Below, in pieces: positions 1 to 9,206 of a stretch of DNA of 64,000 nt. The first letter of the stretch is position 1; each line of letters starts with the position of its first letter. Source of the DNA: an uncultured virus (IMG/VR IMGVR_UViG_3300017763_003471) (taxonomy: Duplodnaviria > Heunggongvirae > Uroviricota > Caudoviricetes); IMG/VR virus record IMGVR_UViG_3300017763_003471, positions 62,001 to 126,000 of that record. One strand, written 5' to 3'. Position numbers and translations under genes: made by a program. Under the pieces are notes generated by a model. The model was not told the DNA's origin. It saw nothing but the letters and a program-made list of their open reading frames with translations, and ran no database searches.

Positions 1-722
1 TTAGTTGTAACTGTAATTACTACTATCTGTCCTTCCCTATGTGTGTCGTTAATATTCATCATAAAGTTTTCAATAAATCTAAACATATGGTCAGTAAAGA
101 ATGGCTCACCACCTAGCAAACTAAAATTAACATGACCTTGACCTACAAGTTTCTTATCCCAATATCCGTTTAATATCTCTAGTGTCTTATCAAACATTGC
201 ATCATCTGTATCTGGAAATCTTTGACCTAATTCTTTCTGCCAACGAGTACTAGAACCTCCCCAACAATAAACACATGCCATATTACATTTGTTTGTTAGT
301 TCTATTTCAATGAATTTAAAGTTATCATGTTCCATCATATCTCTATGGAACTGTTTTGCTAAATTAGGGTGATTACCTGCTTTTTGATATTGTCTTTTTA
401 AACGATAATCAAAATTCTTATTATATTCAGTTCTTACACTACTGCCACCAGCATCTTCTGTTCGCCAACAACCTACGCAATCAGGACTACGTGTACCTCC
501 ACTTAAGTCGTACTTTCTTTTTTGAAGTATAGGGTGATTGAATAAGAAATCTTCTGTAAGTGTATTGTAATCAAACGTAAGTTCTTCCATTTGTTTGTTA
601 GTGTATTGAGTTTTACAACACCACTTAACAGTTCTTTGAGGTAAGGATATAATAATGTCGTTCCAGTTTTTGAAACACATCGTATTATATAAATTATGAA
701 GATTTGGATTTATTTCATTCAT
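1..722 (-). CDS. Radical SAM protein with N-terminal SPASM/twitch-like Cys cluster (3' end runs off window)
   Basis: Manual translation from ATG 722: MNEINPNLHNLYNTMCF...KWCCK...DCVGCW...IELTNKCNMACVYC...LLGGEP; CxxxCxxC and GGEP motifs; ATGA overlap with the stop of 719..4369. Absent from ORF track because truncated. Confidence 0.85.
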   Translation of the reverse strand, partial: MNEINPNLHNLYNTMCFKNWNDIIISLPQRTVKWCCKTQYTNKQMEELTFDYNTLTEDFLFNHPILQKRKYDLSGGTRSPDCVGCWRTEDAGGSSVRTEYNKNFDYRLKRQYQKAGNHPNLAKQFHRDMMEHDNFKFIEIELTNKCNMACVYCWGGSSTRWQKELGQRFPDTDDAMFDKTLEILNGYWDKKLVGQGHVNFSLLGGEPFFTDHMFRFIENFMMNINDTHREGQIVVITVTT

Positions 723-3700
723 TTTTTCTTTGTACGCAGTAGCTTCTTAGGTTTCCCATCTTTATCTACATCATTACCAAACTTTTTAGCTTGTTTAGTA
801 ATTTCGTTGGGACCTACGTCAACTGTGGTATTTATGCCAGGTATAACTCTACCTACGCCAGCCGCTTCTTTAACATCTTTTATACTGAATACTTTCTTAA
901 TTGCTTGTACTGTATTTGCAGTAGTTGTTGTGTGATGTTTAATTGCGATACCACCAGCTGATTGCCATGCATCGACATTCTTACCAAAATCATCAATTAA
1001 CAAGTTCGGACTACCGTCTTGTTTCTTTGCATATTTTGATTTATTATGGTCAATGATAACTTGCTCTGGTTTAAAGAAGTTTAAATGTTTTCTCACCCAC
1101 TCTCTTTTGCCAGGATCTACGTTAGGATCATTTGCTAGAGGGGAACTCAATATTTTGTATTTGCCTTTTACAGCCTTAATTGTTTGTAGCAAATCTTTGT
1201 AACCTGCTAATGTTGGCAAGTCTTCCCAGAAGTTTGGAGTACTAACAATCTTCTTTAATGCTTTGCCTATATCTTTCTTTGGTATATCTCTGTATGACTT
1301 AACGCCAACTAGTCTAGCCCATTCATTGAAGAAATCAACTAACACACCGTCCATATCAACATATACATCTGGTGTAGATGTCTCTGCTTCTGTTGTCGTT
1401 GTTGGCTTTGTACTTTTCTTATTCTTAAAACTATCGTACTTATTTTTTGCCCAATTATATGCCGCACCTGTTGATGTAACTCCACCTGCTATCTTAGGTG
1501 CAGGGTCATTTCTCAGAAACTTCGCTACATGAGGTGCCGCCATTCTGGCGCCATGTGCTATTGCTTGTCCAACAGGAACTATCCATTCATCTGTCTTATC
1601 TTTATCTAAACCTTTTTCTATTGCTCCCATGTAATCAGGTATCTTTGTCTTAACCCATGGGCCTCTGTGCATAAATCTTGCACTCATCATAACATTTACA
1701 CCACGTAATTCTTCTGGATCAAATATCATTACTTGATATTGTCTCTTTTCATTATCAACACCTACTACTTCTACATTCATTTCATCATACTTCTTACCTT
1801 TGTAAGTAATACCATGTCCTGTCATAAATCTAGCAACCGCTTCGAATAGTGCATTTTCTCTAACTGGAACTTTGCTTAGTAGTTGTTCTTTGCTTAGTTT
1901 ATAGTTAGATTTCATCCACTCATCTTTTAAATCAGCAATCATCTTACCAAGATTAGGACCAGCTACATAACCTCTTGCTAGTAAGTCTTTACCATTGATT
2001 GGGAAGTCTGGTTGTTCAAATCCGTGTACTGCATCATATACATCATTCTTACCATGCATGTTTGCCCATGCAAGTAAATGGTCTTGTGATGCACCATTGA
2101 TAATCATATCTTGTGCTTGTTTTGAATTTATGTTTTCACCTTTGTGCTTGATTAAGAAGTCAAACATTTCTCTATCGTAATTGCTCATCTTCCAATCTCT
2201 TGCAATACCACTACTGTCTAGCATTCTTGCAAGTGCAATAATAGGTCCTGTAGGCTCACCTAGTTTAGCTGGATTGATACCTTCAAGTCCAATCTTACTT
2301 GATACGCCTGTCTTGTTCATCCACTCAAGTGCTTCTTTGGCACTTGAACCCATTAACAATTTGCCCATTTCTTGCCAAATTCTTTCAACAGATAAACCTG
2401 TCATACCGTCTGCATTATCTTTGATTGCATTTAATGTAGTATCGTCCCACTTTGGACTATCTAACTTAGATTGAAATCTAAAGTATCTTAAGATACGCAA
2501 ATAATCTTCTTTAATTCTTTCTTCTGGATCCCCTACGAACCTACTTACTTTATCTTGTAAATCGTCCATACCACCATTGTAATCATGTACTGTACCGTCC
2601 ATGTCCATTGACATTGCGTTATATGTTAAATCTCTACGTTTAGCATCTTCTTCCCATGAACGTACAAATTCTACATCAGCATGTCTACCATCTGTATTTG
2701 TATCTGCACGTAAAGTTGTTATTTCAAAATCTTCTCCATCAATAACCGCAGTTATTGTACCATGTTCTATACCTGTAGGAATATGTCTTATGCCTTCTTT
2801 ATCAAGCATAGCAATCATTTCATCTGGTGTAGCATCTGTGGCAAAGTCAATATCTTTTGGCTCTTTACCTAATGCGATATCTCTTACTGCACCACCAACA
2901 ATTCTTACTTCGTGTTTATTCTTTTTAAATACTTTATCTAGTTTACGAATAGCAGGAGTAATAATAGATTTAACATTTAGTGCTTCTTCGTTTAAAGACT
3001 CTTTAACTGAGTTTTCAAACATTGCGTTACCAAACATATCAAGGTATTCTTTTTCAAGTTCACGATAGTTTATTTTGTTGTTTGTTTGCATTGCTAACAT
3101 TTGTGCATAATAGGCAAGTGAATGTCTTAACTTACCATTAGTTTCTTTATACTTTCTTGTAAGTATCTTATGCATCATCTGTGCCATATTCATATATGCT
3201 TTTTTATTAATTACATGACTCATCTTACGAGAAAGTAAACCGAAAGGTGTTTCTTCTTTTATGCCATGCTTTTTTCTAAATGCTTTTAAATCATCTTCTG
3301 CATCTTTACTTCTTTTCTTAGATGCCTCAGCATCTTTAACATTATCTGAATGCATCTTATCTACATCGATGCCTTTTCTTTTTAATTGCTTGTTAAAGTT
3401 TGCTCTGCCAAACGCCTCACCTACTACTGATTTTAATTCATCAGGTAATAATGCGATAGCTTGTTTTCTTAAATTCTGATTACCCTTTGTCATAACTCTT
3501 AGCAAATCTGCCTTTTCAGCATGATACACTTTAGCAAACTTAGGGTCATTTTTACCTATGTCTCTGCCATTGCTTATCAAGTCTGCATACTTAACTGTTT
3601 GTGCTTCTGCACTAACACCTGCTAGTTTATCTCTATCGATTGCTTTACGTGTTTTTCTATTACCGTCTTCTGGTTTACTTACATCAGTAAGTTCAACAAC

Positions 3701-4369
3701 TAGTTTAGCAATCTTAGGACCAAATTCTCTTGTTACATCTACTGGTGTAACACTTGTATCTTCAACTGTATCATGTAATAAAGCGGCCGCTTGTTGTTCT
3801 ACAGTACCGCCTGCTTGTTTTACTATGTTTCTAACTTCATCTAAATGGACATAATAAGGATCACCAGTGTACTTTCTCTGATGGTCTTTGTGTGCCTCTT
3901 GTGCAAACTTCTCTGCTTTTTGAATCACGTCCATTGACTCTTCCTCTTCTGTGTAGATATCTTTGAAGTATACACTAGGAAATTTTAAAGTCAAGGATAA
4001 AAGTTCATGCACATCAACATTTGCACGTAAAATACTTACGTTTCTATTTGAGTTTAAAGCGGCTAACCATCTATGATGACCATCTATAATCCAATCGTCA
4101 CTACTTGCTAGTAGAGGTTTTGGGTTCTGTCCATCATTTTCTCTATTCTTGTTTAATTGTCTTTCAACGCCTTGGTCTGAAAATTCTGATTGTACTGGTT
4201 TTAAATCTTTTGCATGTACTACTTGTGGTCTTAATGTGACACCATTCTTTTTAAGATAAGATTTATATGCATCATAATCTGTAGATTTCACTTGAGGCAT
4301 TTTGTCTCTAGTGATACCCATAGTATCTTCTGGTTTGGGCTTTTCTATTTTAAATTCGTGCAATCGCAT
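719..4369 (-). CDS. 1216-aa multidomain protein: ParB/Srx-like + RelA/SpoT(Mesh1)-type HD hydrolase + class II CCA-adding tRNA nucleotidyltransferase + HAD 5'(3')-nucleotidase-like
   Basis: IIDGHHRW (aa ~94-101); HQRKYTGDPYYVH, AALLHDTVEDT, VKYADLISN (aa ~146-312); VGGAVRD, KDIDFATD, TDGRHA, RRDLTYNAM, EDYLRILR (aa ~465-838); VDMDGVLVDF...LIDD (aa ~1001-1165). Confidence 0.9.
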   Translation of the reverse strand: MRLHEFKIEKPKPEDTMGITRDKMPQVKSTDYDAYKSYLKKNGVTLRPQVVHAKDLKPVQSEFSDQGVERQLNKNRENDGQNPKPLLASSDDWIIDGHHRWLAALNSNRNVSILRANVDVHELLSLTLKFPSVYFKDIYTEEEESMDVIQKAEKFAQEAHKDHQRKYTGDPYYVHLDEVRNIVKQAGGTVEQQAAALLHDTVEDTSVTPVDVTREFGPKIAKLVVELTDVSKPEDGNRKTRKAIDRDKLAGVSAEAQTVKYADLISNGRDIGKNDPKFAKVYHAEKADLLRVMTKGNQNLRKQAIALLPDELKSVVGEAFGRANFNKQLKRKGIDVDKMHSDNVKDAEASKKRSKDAEDDLKAFRKKHGIKEETPFGLLSRKMSHVINKKAYMNMAQMMHKILTRKYKETNGKLRHSLAYYAQMLAMQTNNKINYRELEKEYLDMFGNAMFENSVKESLNEEALNVKSIITPAIRKLDKVFKKNKHEVRIVGGAVRDIALGKEPKDIDFATDATPDEMIAMLDKEGIRHIPTGIEHGTITAVIDGEDFEITTLRADTNTDGRHADVEFVRSWEEDAKRRDLTYNAMSMDMDGTVHDYNGGMDDLQDKVSRFVGDPEERIKEDYLRILRYFRFQSKLDSPKWDDTTLNAIKDNADGMTGLSVERIWQEMGKLLMGSSAKEALEWMNKTGVSSKIGLEGINPAKLGEPTGPIIALARMLDSSGIARDWKMSNYDREMFDFLIKHKGENINSKQAQDMIINGASQDHLLAWANMHGKNDVYDAVHGFEQPDFPINGKDLLARGYVAGPNLGKMIADLKDEWMKSNYKLSKEQLLSKVPVRENALFEAVARFMTGHGITYKGKKYDEMNVEVVGVDNEKRQYQVMIFDPEELRGVNVMMSARFMHRGPWVKTKIPDYMGAIEKGLDKDKTDEWIVPVGQAIAHGARMAAPHVAKFLRNDPAPKIAGGVTSTGAAYNWAKNKYDSFKNKKSTKPTTTTEAETSTPDVYVDMDGVLVDFFNEWARLVGVKSYRDIPKKDIGKALKKIVSTPNFWEDLPTLAGYKDLLQTIKAVKGKYKILSSPLANDPNVDPGKREWVRKHLNFFKPEQVIIDHNKSKYAKKQDGSPNLLIDDFGKNVDAWQSAGGIAIKHHTTTTANTVQAIKKVFSIKDVKEAAGVGRVIPGINTTVDVGPNEITKQAKKFGNDVDKDGKPKKLLRTKKK

Positions 4370-4384
4370 TTAAAACAATCCTAA

Positions 4385-5893
4385 TTATGCAACATTTCTA
4401 TCTAAGCTGGCCATATTTGCGCCTGCATTTTTGCCAAAGTCAGGCTTTTTTAATTGCATTTGTTTTACAATTTTCATGAAACCTTCTTTAGTTCTTAGAT
4501 ATTGTTTAATCATTTCTTTTTGTTCTGGTCTTGCTATATCATGATACGCCATTGTAAATCTTTTTGCAAGTTCAGGTGTAACTTTAATGTCTCCACCATC
4601 TTTAAACTTAATTGGGAAAGGCATATTGTCATTACGTGCGGCTAAGTTATCTAATACTCTTAAAGGATCAGATTGTTTAACAGGCTTACCTTTTTCATAT
4701 TCTACGATTAAATAAAAATCATCTTCTGAAACTTCATCTTCTGACATACCATCACCTACTGCTGGTTGTTTCTTAGCAAGTTTCTTATTACCATAACCAC
4801 CTAAACTAGATAGAGGTTTATTGCTACTGATTTTGTATTCACCTAAGTCTGTCTGCATATCAACTAGAGTAGCGGCCATATCACCCATTGCTAGAGATAC
4901 TTTGTCGCCTCTTTTGTATAAGAAAAATTTAACGCCTGCTGGAATACCTTCTGCACTGATTTGTTGCATTGAAAATTTTGATAGATTATATTTCTCTGAC
5001 TTAGTACGTCTACCCATTTTAAATGGCTTATACTTCTCACCACGTTTAAATGCTGAGTCATACCAAAGATGTACAGTATCACCTGCTTTTAGTTCATTGA
5101 ACACTGCAAGTTTTTCTTCATCAGAAATTCTTCTCATTGGTTTAGGTGTTTCATCTTCTTTAACAGTACCTTCTTTATCTCCCACTTTTTTACCAGGAGC
5201 ATTATAAACTGTTCCACCTTTTTGTTTTTGCATACTTCTCATTTTTTCTTTTGAGCCTTTAGCAACATACTCACCATCAATAACAAGTCCGTACATTGTA
5301 GATTTTGGTATTGGCATTTCTTCTACTTTTGTTTCTTTTACATACCCTTTTGATTTTAATTGTTTCTCAAAACTTTCTAAGTCTTTTGCATTCTTAAAAG
5401 TACTCATGTCATAGAAACGAGAACCATCTTTATGTGTTTTCTCTCCATCATGAAAGTTTACAACATACTTTGCTTTGCCTACATTTGACATAGTATTATA
5501 TGTTTTAGACTCTACAGGAAATTCTTTATTAGATGTTTTAAAATTCTTTTTACGCATAACAGTTTTAGCAACTAAGTCTAATTCTTCGTTGTCTCTGTCC
5601 CACTTCAATACAAAAGGAATATTGATATCGCTTTCTAAGTCTTTCATTACTGCCTCAGCATCAGGGCCCATTTGTGCAATAGGTTTGCCCCAACGTCTGT
5701 ATTCTTTTCTAAACATGTTTACTAATTCTGACATTGTAATTGGATTACCATTACGGTCATCATTTGCTCTATCAATAAAATGCCTAGTAAATTCTACATC
5801 GATATTAAGACTAGCGAATAATTTGTCTAGTGCTTTCTCTAAAGCATTTAACTGAGCATTAGTTATCGGTTGTTCTACTTCATCTAATCTCAT
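4385..5893 (-). CDS. Modular phage protein, probable internal head protein
   Basis: 502-aa ORF, MRLDEVE start, short modules separated by VES/VKE/VEE/LGE/VSE motifs; in late operon. Confidence 0.6.
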   Translation of the reverse strand: MRLDEVEQPITNAQLNALEKALDKLFASLNIDVEFTRHFIDRANDDRNGNPITMSELVNMFRKEYRRWGKPIAQMGPDAEAVMKDLESDINIPFVLKWDRDNEELDLVAKTVMRKKNFKTSNKEFPVESKTYNTMSNVGKAKYVVNFHDGEKTHKDGSRFYDMSTFKNAKDLESFEKQLKSKGYVKETKVEEMPIPKSTMYGLVIDGEYVAKGSKEKMRSMQKQKGGTVYNAPGKKVGDKEGTVKEDETPKPMRRISDEEKLAVFNELKAGDTVHLWYDSAFKRGEKYKPFKMGRRTKSEKYNLSKFSMQQISAEGIPAGVKFFLYKRGDKVSLAMGDMAATLVDMQTDLGEYKISSNKPLSSLGGYGNKKLAKKQPAVGDGMSEDEVSEDDFYLIVEYEKGKPVKQSDPLRVLDNLAARNDNMPFPIKFKDGGDIKVTPELAKRFTMAYHDIARPEQKEMIKQYLRTKEGFMKIVKQMQLKKPDFGKNAGANMASLDRNVA

Positions 5894-7008
5894 TTTATTT
5901 TTCCTTGTGTGTTTTTCAAAACTTTTATTTCTTTTTGCAATACTTCTATCGCTTTTGTTAGTTTTGATAATTCTTGTTCGTGTTTGAAGTCGGTCTTATC
6001 ACCGTCTCTTTCGTTCTTTTCTACATCTGCTAGTAAGGCTGATAACACATTGTCTGCTTGTGGATATTTAGTTTTTAAATGAACCAATGCTCTTGCAGTT
6101 TTTGGGTCGAACCCTTTTAGTAAATCTGCATCATCTTCCTTTTCATCCATTTTAGATAGTTTGGCCGCTATAGCCATCTGTCTACGTTTTGCTTTGCTCT
6201 TACCCTTAAATTGGGGAGCATCACTTTTGTAGAAATCTTTTACTACATCACCCATTGGTGTTCTCTTAGTAATCTTTTCTTCAACATCGTGTGTAAGTTG
6301 GGCTTCCATTATCGCTTCGTATAATGATGGCTCTTCCCAATTTTCACTTGTAATACCGCTTTGTAATTTGTTTTGAAACAACTGCATTACGTCTTTTGGA
6401 ATATTAGGATTGCCATATAAATCTTGTAAAATCTGTTCTAATTGTGACTCGTCTGCTTTAGCAATCATGTCACGAATTTGTGTAGCACTATTGATTGCTT
6501 TTCCTCTAAGTGTAAACTTAAATGTAGGAACTGTAGTAATATATGAATGGTCACGTAATGGTTTTGCATTCTTCATACCTGGCCATTTCTGCATGTGAGC
6601 AGGTTGACCTTTCTTAGCACCTCTAGTTAATAGAGCCATACCAACGTCTGGAAAGTTAAATCTAGGGTCTTCTGCCATATCTTTCTCTGATACTGCATAA
6701 ACTATTACTGTTTTATCTGGGTCAAATCTATCTGTAATCTCTGTAGCAACATAAGGAACTTTACACTGAACGATAGAATTAGGGTCTACTCCAGCTAATT
6801 GCATCATCTTTTTCTTCTCTTGGAATGTAAAAGGTGACTTATGATTATCTGTTTTATCAGAAGATGCTATAAACACCTGTGCGCCTTTGTATTTTTGCTT
6901 TAGATACTTGAATACTTTCCCGTGCCCAATGTGAAATGGGTGAAATCTTCCTGGATAAATCACAACAAGATTAGTATTTTCGTTCTCAAATAAGTCGTAT
7001 AGTCTCAT
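5890..7008 (-). CDS. HIGH-motif (cytidylyltransferase/NMNAT-like) nucleotidyltransferase with C-terminal head-protein-like modules
   Basis: YPGRFHPFHIGH, SPFTFQEKKKMM, INSATQIR; MRLYDLFE start. Confidence 0.75.
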   Translation of the reverse strand: MRLYDLFENENTNLVVIYPGRFHPFHIGHGKVFKYLKQKYKGAQVFIASSDKTDNHKSPFTFQEKKKMMQLAGVDPNSIVQCKVPYVATEITDRFDPDKTVIVYAVSEKDMAEDPRFNFPDVGMALLTRGAKKGQPAHMQKWPGMKNAKPLRDHSYITTVPTFKFTLRGKAINSATQIRDMIAKADESQLEQILQDLYGNPNIPKDVMQLFQNKLQSGITSENWEEPSLYEAIMEAQLTHDVEEKITKRTPMGDVVKDFYKSDAPQFKGKSKAKRRQMAIAAKLSKMDEKEDDADLLKGFDPKTARALVHLKTKYPQADNVLSALLADVEKNERDGDKTDFKHEQELSKLTKAIEVLQKEIKVLKNTQGKIK

Positions 7009-7037
7009 GTTTTGTTCCTATAATTAACTGCTATGTG

Positions 7038-7045
7038 TATTTATC
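7038..7045 (-). promoter_or_regulatory. T4-like late promoter GATAAATA driving the operon that starts at 7008
   Basis: GATAAATA 30 nt upstream of ATG 7008, just downstream of a terminator; same motif recurs upstream of many genes. Confidence 0.65.
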
Positions 7046-7053
7046 TTTAAATT

Positions 7054-7080
7054 AAAAAAAAGACCCACACGGAGTGGGCC
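7054..7080 (-). terminator. Rho-independent terminator
   Basis: GGCCCAC-TCCGT-GTGGGTC followed by T8 on minus strand. Confidence 0.75.
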
Positions 7081-7112
7081 AAGTTGTGCTTGAAAGGAAT
7101 CAAAACAAGCTA

Positions 7113-7241
7113 TTAAAAGAATTCAGTAACTTTCAGAGTTGGATTAAAGAAATAGTATATATTCGCTGAAATCATAAGACCTGTAAGTAATAGGCCAAAG
7201 ATAGTACTTTTAGTAAATTTTATGTTATTTGGATGTTGCAT
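7113..7241 (-). CDS. Small single-TM protein (42 aa)
   Basis: GGAGG RBS; MQHPNNIKFTKSTIFGLLLTGLMISANIYYFFNPTLKVTEFF. Confidence 0.6.
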   Translation of the reverse strand: MQHPNNIKFTKSTIFGLLLTGLMISANIYYFFNPTLKVTEFF

Positions 7242-7249
7242 ATCGCCTC

Positions 7250-7447
7250 CTAGTCTAAATCACACTGCCAATAAGTGCCGTCAAACCAAGCACGTAGACC
7301 ACCTAACGGATAATCTTTATGCTCAAAGAATATAAAAGGACGACCCTTTGCATCTATTTTCTGTTCTATGATACTAGCCTCGTCCATTGGTATTAGACGT
7401 TCTTCACCAGTATCGCTATAATAAGCACTATTAAAAATTCTAATCAT
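7250..7447 (-). CDS. Hypothetical protein (start revised to ATG 7447)
   Basis: TAATG coupling with upstream ORF; MIRIFNSAYY... Confidence 0.6.
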   Translation of the reverse strand: MIRIFNSAYYSDTGEERLIPMDEASIIEQKIDAKGRPFIFFEHKDYPLGGLRAWFDGTYWQCDLD

Positions 7448-7842
7448 TATGCGGCCTCGTTTATATATTTTTCTGACATAGCACGAATGCAAATTTTATA
7501 GTTCTCTTGTGTAGGCTTCATACCGTTTTGCTTACACAATTTCTTTGCTTGAGGAGTCATAAAACCTTTTGCCTCTAGCATGTCTAATGGTGACTTACCA
7601 GCTTTGTAACCTTCAGCAAATTCTTCAACTGTGAAGTTTTTAACTAGGAAGTTCTTAAAAGCACCTTGAAAAAATACGTACTTGAAACGAGCAATGAATA
7701 GTTCTACTGGCATTCCAATACGTGAAGGATGAATTTTATCTTTGCCATAAACTTCTTCATATGAAGGCTGACCTTCATATGTACCGTGATACATTAAGTA
7801 TCCACCGTGATAATGAAATTTTTCTTTGTCAAACTGTGTCAT
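7447..7842 (-). CDS. Hypothetical early protein
   Basis: 131-aa ORF with AGGAG RBS directly downstream of the early promoter at 7875-7903. Confidence 0.7.
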   Translation of the reverse strand: MTQFDKEKFHYHGGYLMYHGTYEGQPSYEEVYGKDKIHPSRIGMPVELFIARFKYVFFQGAFKNFLVKNFTVEEFAEGYKAGKSPLDMLEAKGFMTPQAKKLCKQNGMKPTQENYKICIRAMSEKYINEAA

Positions 7843-7874
7843 AATGATTCTCTCCTTCTCTTGATTACTTAACT

Positions 7875-7903
7875 AATATAGCACGATTCGTGATATTGTC
7901 AAG
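7875..7903 (-). promoter_or_regulatory. Sigma70-type early promoter with GANTC box
   Basis: CTTGACA-ATATCA-CGAATCGTGC-TATATT. Confidence 0.75.
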
Positions 7904-7905
7904 TT

Positions 7906-8088
7906 TTAGTCGAAAAAATTACCTTCTACCCACTTATATCCTGTCGTGCCTTCTTCGAACCAAGCACCGTCTTTTGAAACAGGATTAGACCAAAGCAATT
8001 CTTTATTTGCTTTCTCCATAACATCAAGACCTTTCTCTGCTTTTGCTTTGAAAGTCTTACCATATGCTTTAAACGTAAATGTAATCAT
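7906..8088 (-). CDS. Hypothetical protein
   Basis: 60-aa ORF with AGGAG RBS. Confidence 0.6.
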   Translation of the reverse strand: MITFTFKAYGKTFKAKAEKGLDVMEKANKELLWSNPVSKDGAWFEEGTTGYKWVEGNFFD

Positions 8089-8101
8089 TATATCTCCTAT
8101 A

Positions 8102-8590
8102 TTAAACTAGACTTGTACGGGTATCGCCTTCAATTTTAAGGACGCATTCGCCTGTACTAAGGTTATCAACATTACCAACAAACTTACCAATAAGATGTTC
8201 ATATTCTGTTCCTTCCTGGAATCCACCAACGATATAACCACGTTTCATATACCAATCGCCTTTGCTATTCTTACGAATAACATTATCAAGGTATAATGTT
8301 TCCCAACCTTTTGGGTCGTACTCTTTTTGTGATTTTACAAATTCTGACTCAAAGTTACCATCAACTTGATAACAATCAAAGAAGTTTTCTTCGTATGCAT
8401 TGTTTGAAGATGTAACTAAATCTATAACAGATGAAGCCTCATCATAACTGCTGGCTTCGACAACATAGGTGCTACCACCTTTGTTCTTCCAATAAGAACT
8501 CTCACCGTCCCAATCTGAATTATGAGCGGCATAGTTTTCACGGATAGCAGTTTCGATAACATATTTGTTCATAACTTTCTCCTTCATCAT
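8102..8590 (-). CDS. Hypothetical early protein (true start possibly MNKYV)
   Basis: ORF downstream of promoter 8597-8625; AGGAG precedes MNKYV. Confidence 0.65.
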   Translation of the reverse strand: MMKEKVMNKYVIETAIRENYAAHNSDWDGESSYWKNKGGSTYVVEASSYDEASSVIDLVTSSNNAYEENFFDCYQVDGNFESEFVKSQKEYDPKGWETLYLDNVIRKNSKGDWYMKRGYIVGGFQEGTEYEHLIGKFVGNVDNLSTGECVLKIEGDTRTSLV

Positions 8591-8596
8591 GTATAT

Positions 8597-8625
8597 AATA
8601 TAACACGATTCGGAGATATGTCAAG
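8597..8625 (-). promoter_or_regulatory. Sigma70-type early promoter with GANTC box
   Basis: CTTGACA-TATCTC-CGAATCGTGT-TATATT. Confidence 0.75.
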
Positions 8626-8639
8626 TTTTTAGGTATGAT

Positions 8640-9206
8640 TTATTTGTTCAAAATAGTGCTAAAAGGCTTGCTATTTTTCTCTCTTTTTATGTCTTTTACA
8701 GAACCCATGTTTATTAGTACTGTATCTCTGAAATGTTTGCGTTTATTTGCATATGAATGGTGACTAGATGTAGATGGAACAAATGACATTGCTCTATTTT
8801 CTTTCCATTCTACGTTTCCAACAATTCTTGCTTTTGGATCACTACTTTCGTGGAATACTGTACCTTGATTGAACTTACCAACATATAATACTGTTGATAA
8901 TCGTTTCCAAGGAGAATCATTATGATTCTTATATTCAGCATGTGGATACTGTCTATTTGCCCATATGATATAATCATTAGGTGTCATTTCTTTTGCTGAT
9001 GCATTTGGTACTTGTTCAAGTAAAGTATTACGTATCTTTTCTAACTCATTACCAAAATGTTTTCTTATTTCATCTGTTTCTGGTAGCCCAGATAAACCAC
9101 CTGGGTAAGTTTCCATGTTTGTCTTAATTCTATCGTATAACTCTTGAGGTAAAAAGTTATCTATAATTGCATGGGGGAACGGGTTCTCATAATACTTTAT
9201 ATACAT
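8640..9206 (-). CDS. 2OG-Fe(II) oxygenase
   Basis: PFPHAIIDNFL start, HND (HxD), LSTVLY, NRAMSF, HHSY, R..VLIN. Confidence 0.75.
   Translation of the reverse strand: MYIKYYENPFPHAIIDNFLPQELYDRIKTNMETYPGGLSGLPETDEIRKHFGNELEKIRNTLLEQVPNASAKEMTPNDYIIWANRQYPHAEYKNHNDSPWKRLSTVLYVGKFNQGTVFHESSDPKARIVGNVEWKENRAMSFVPSTSSHHSYANKRKHFRDTVLINMGSVKDIKREKNSKPFSTILNK

Noticed and set aside
1860..2977. Poly(A) polymerase assignment for the nucleotidyltransferase domain
   Set aside because: Lacks the PAP-specific G(R/K)(R/K)F signature; has TGIEHGT and TDGRHA, typical of CCA enzymes. Activity is still untested.
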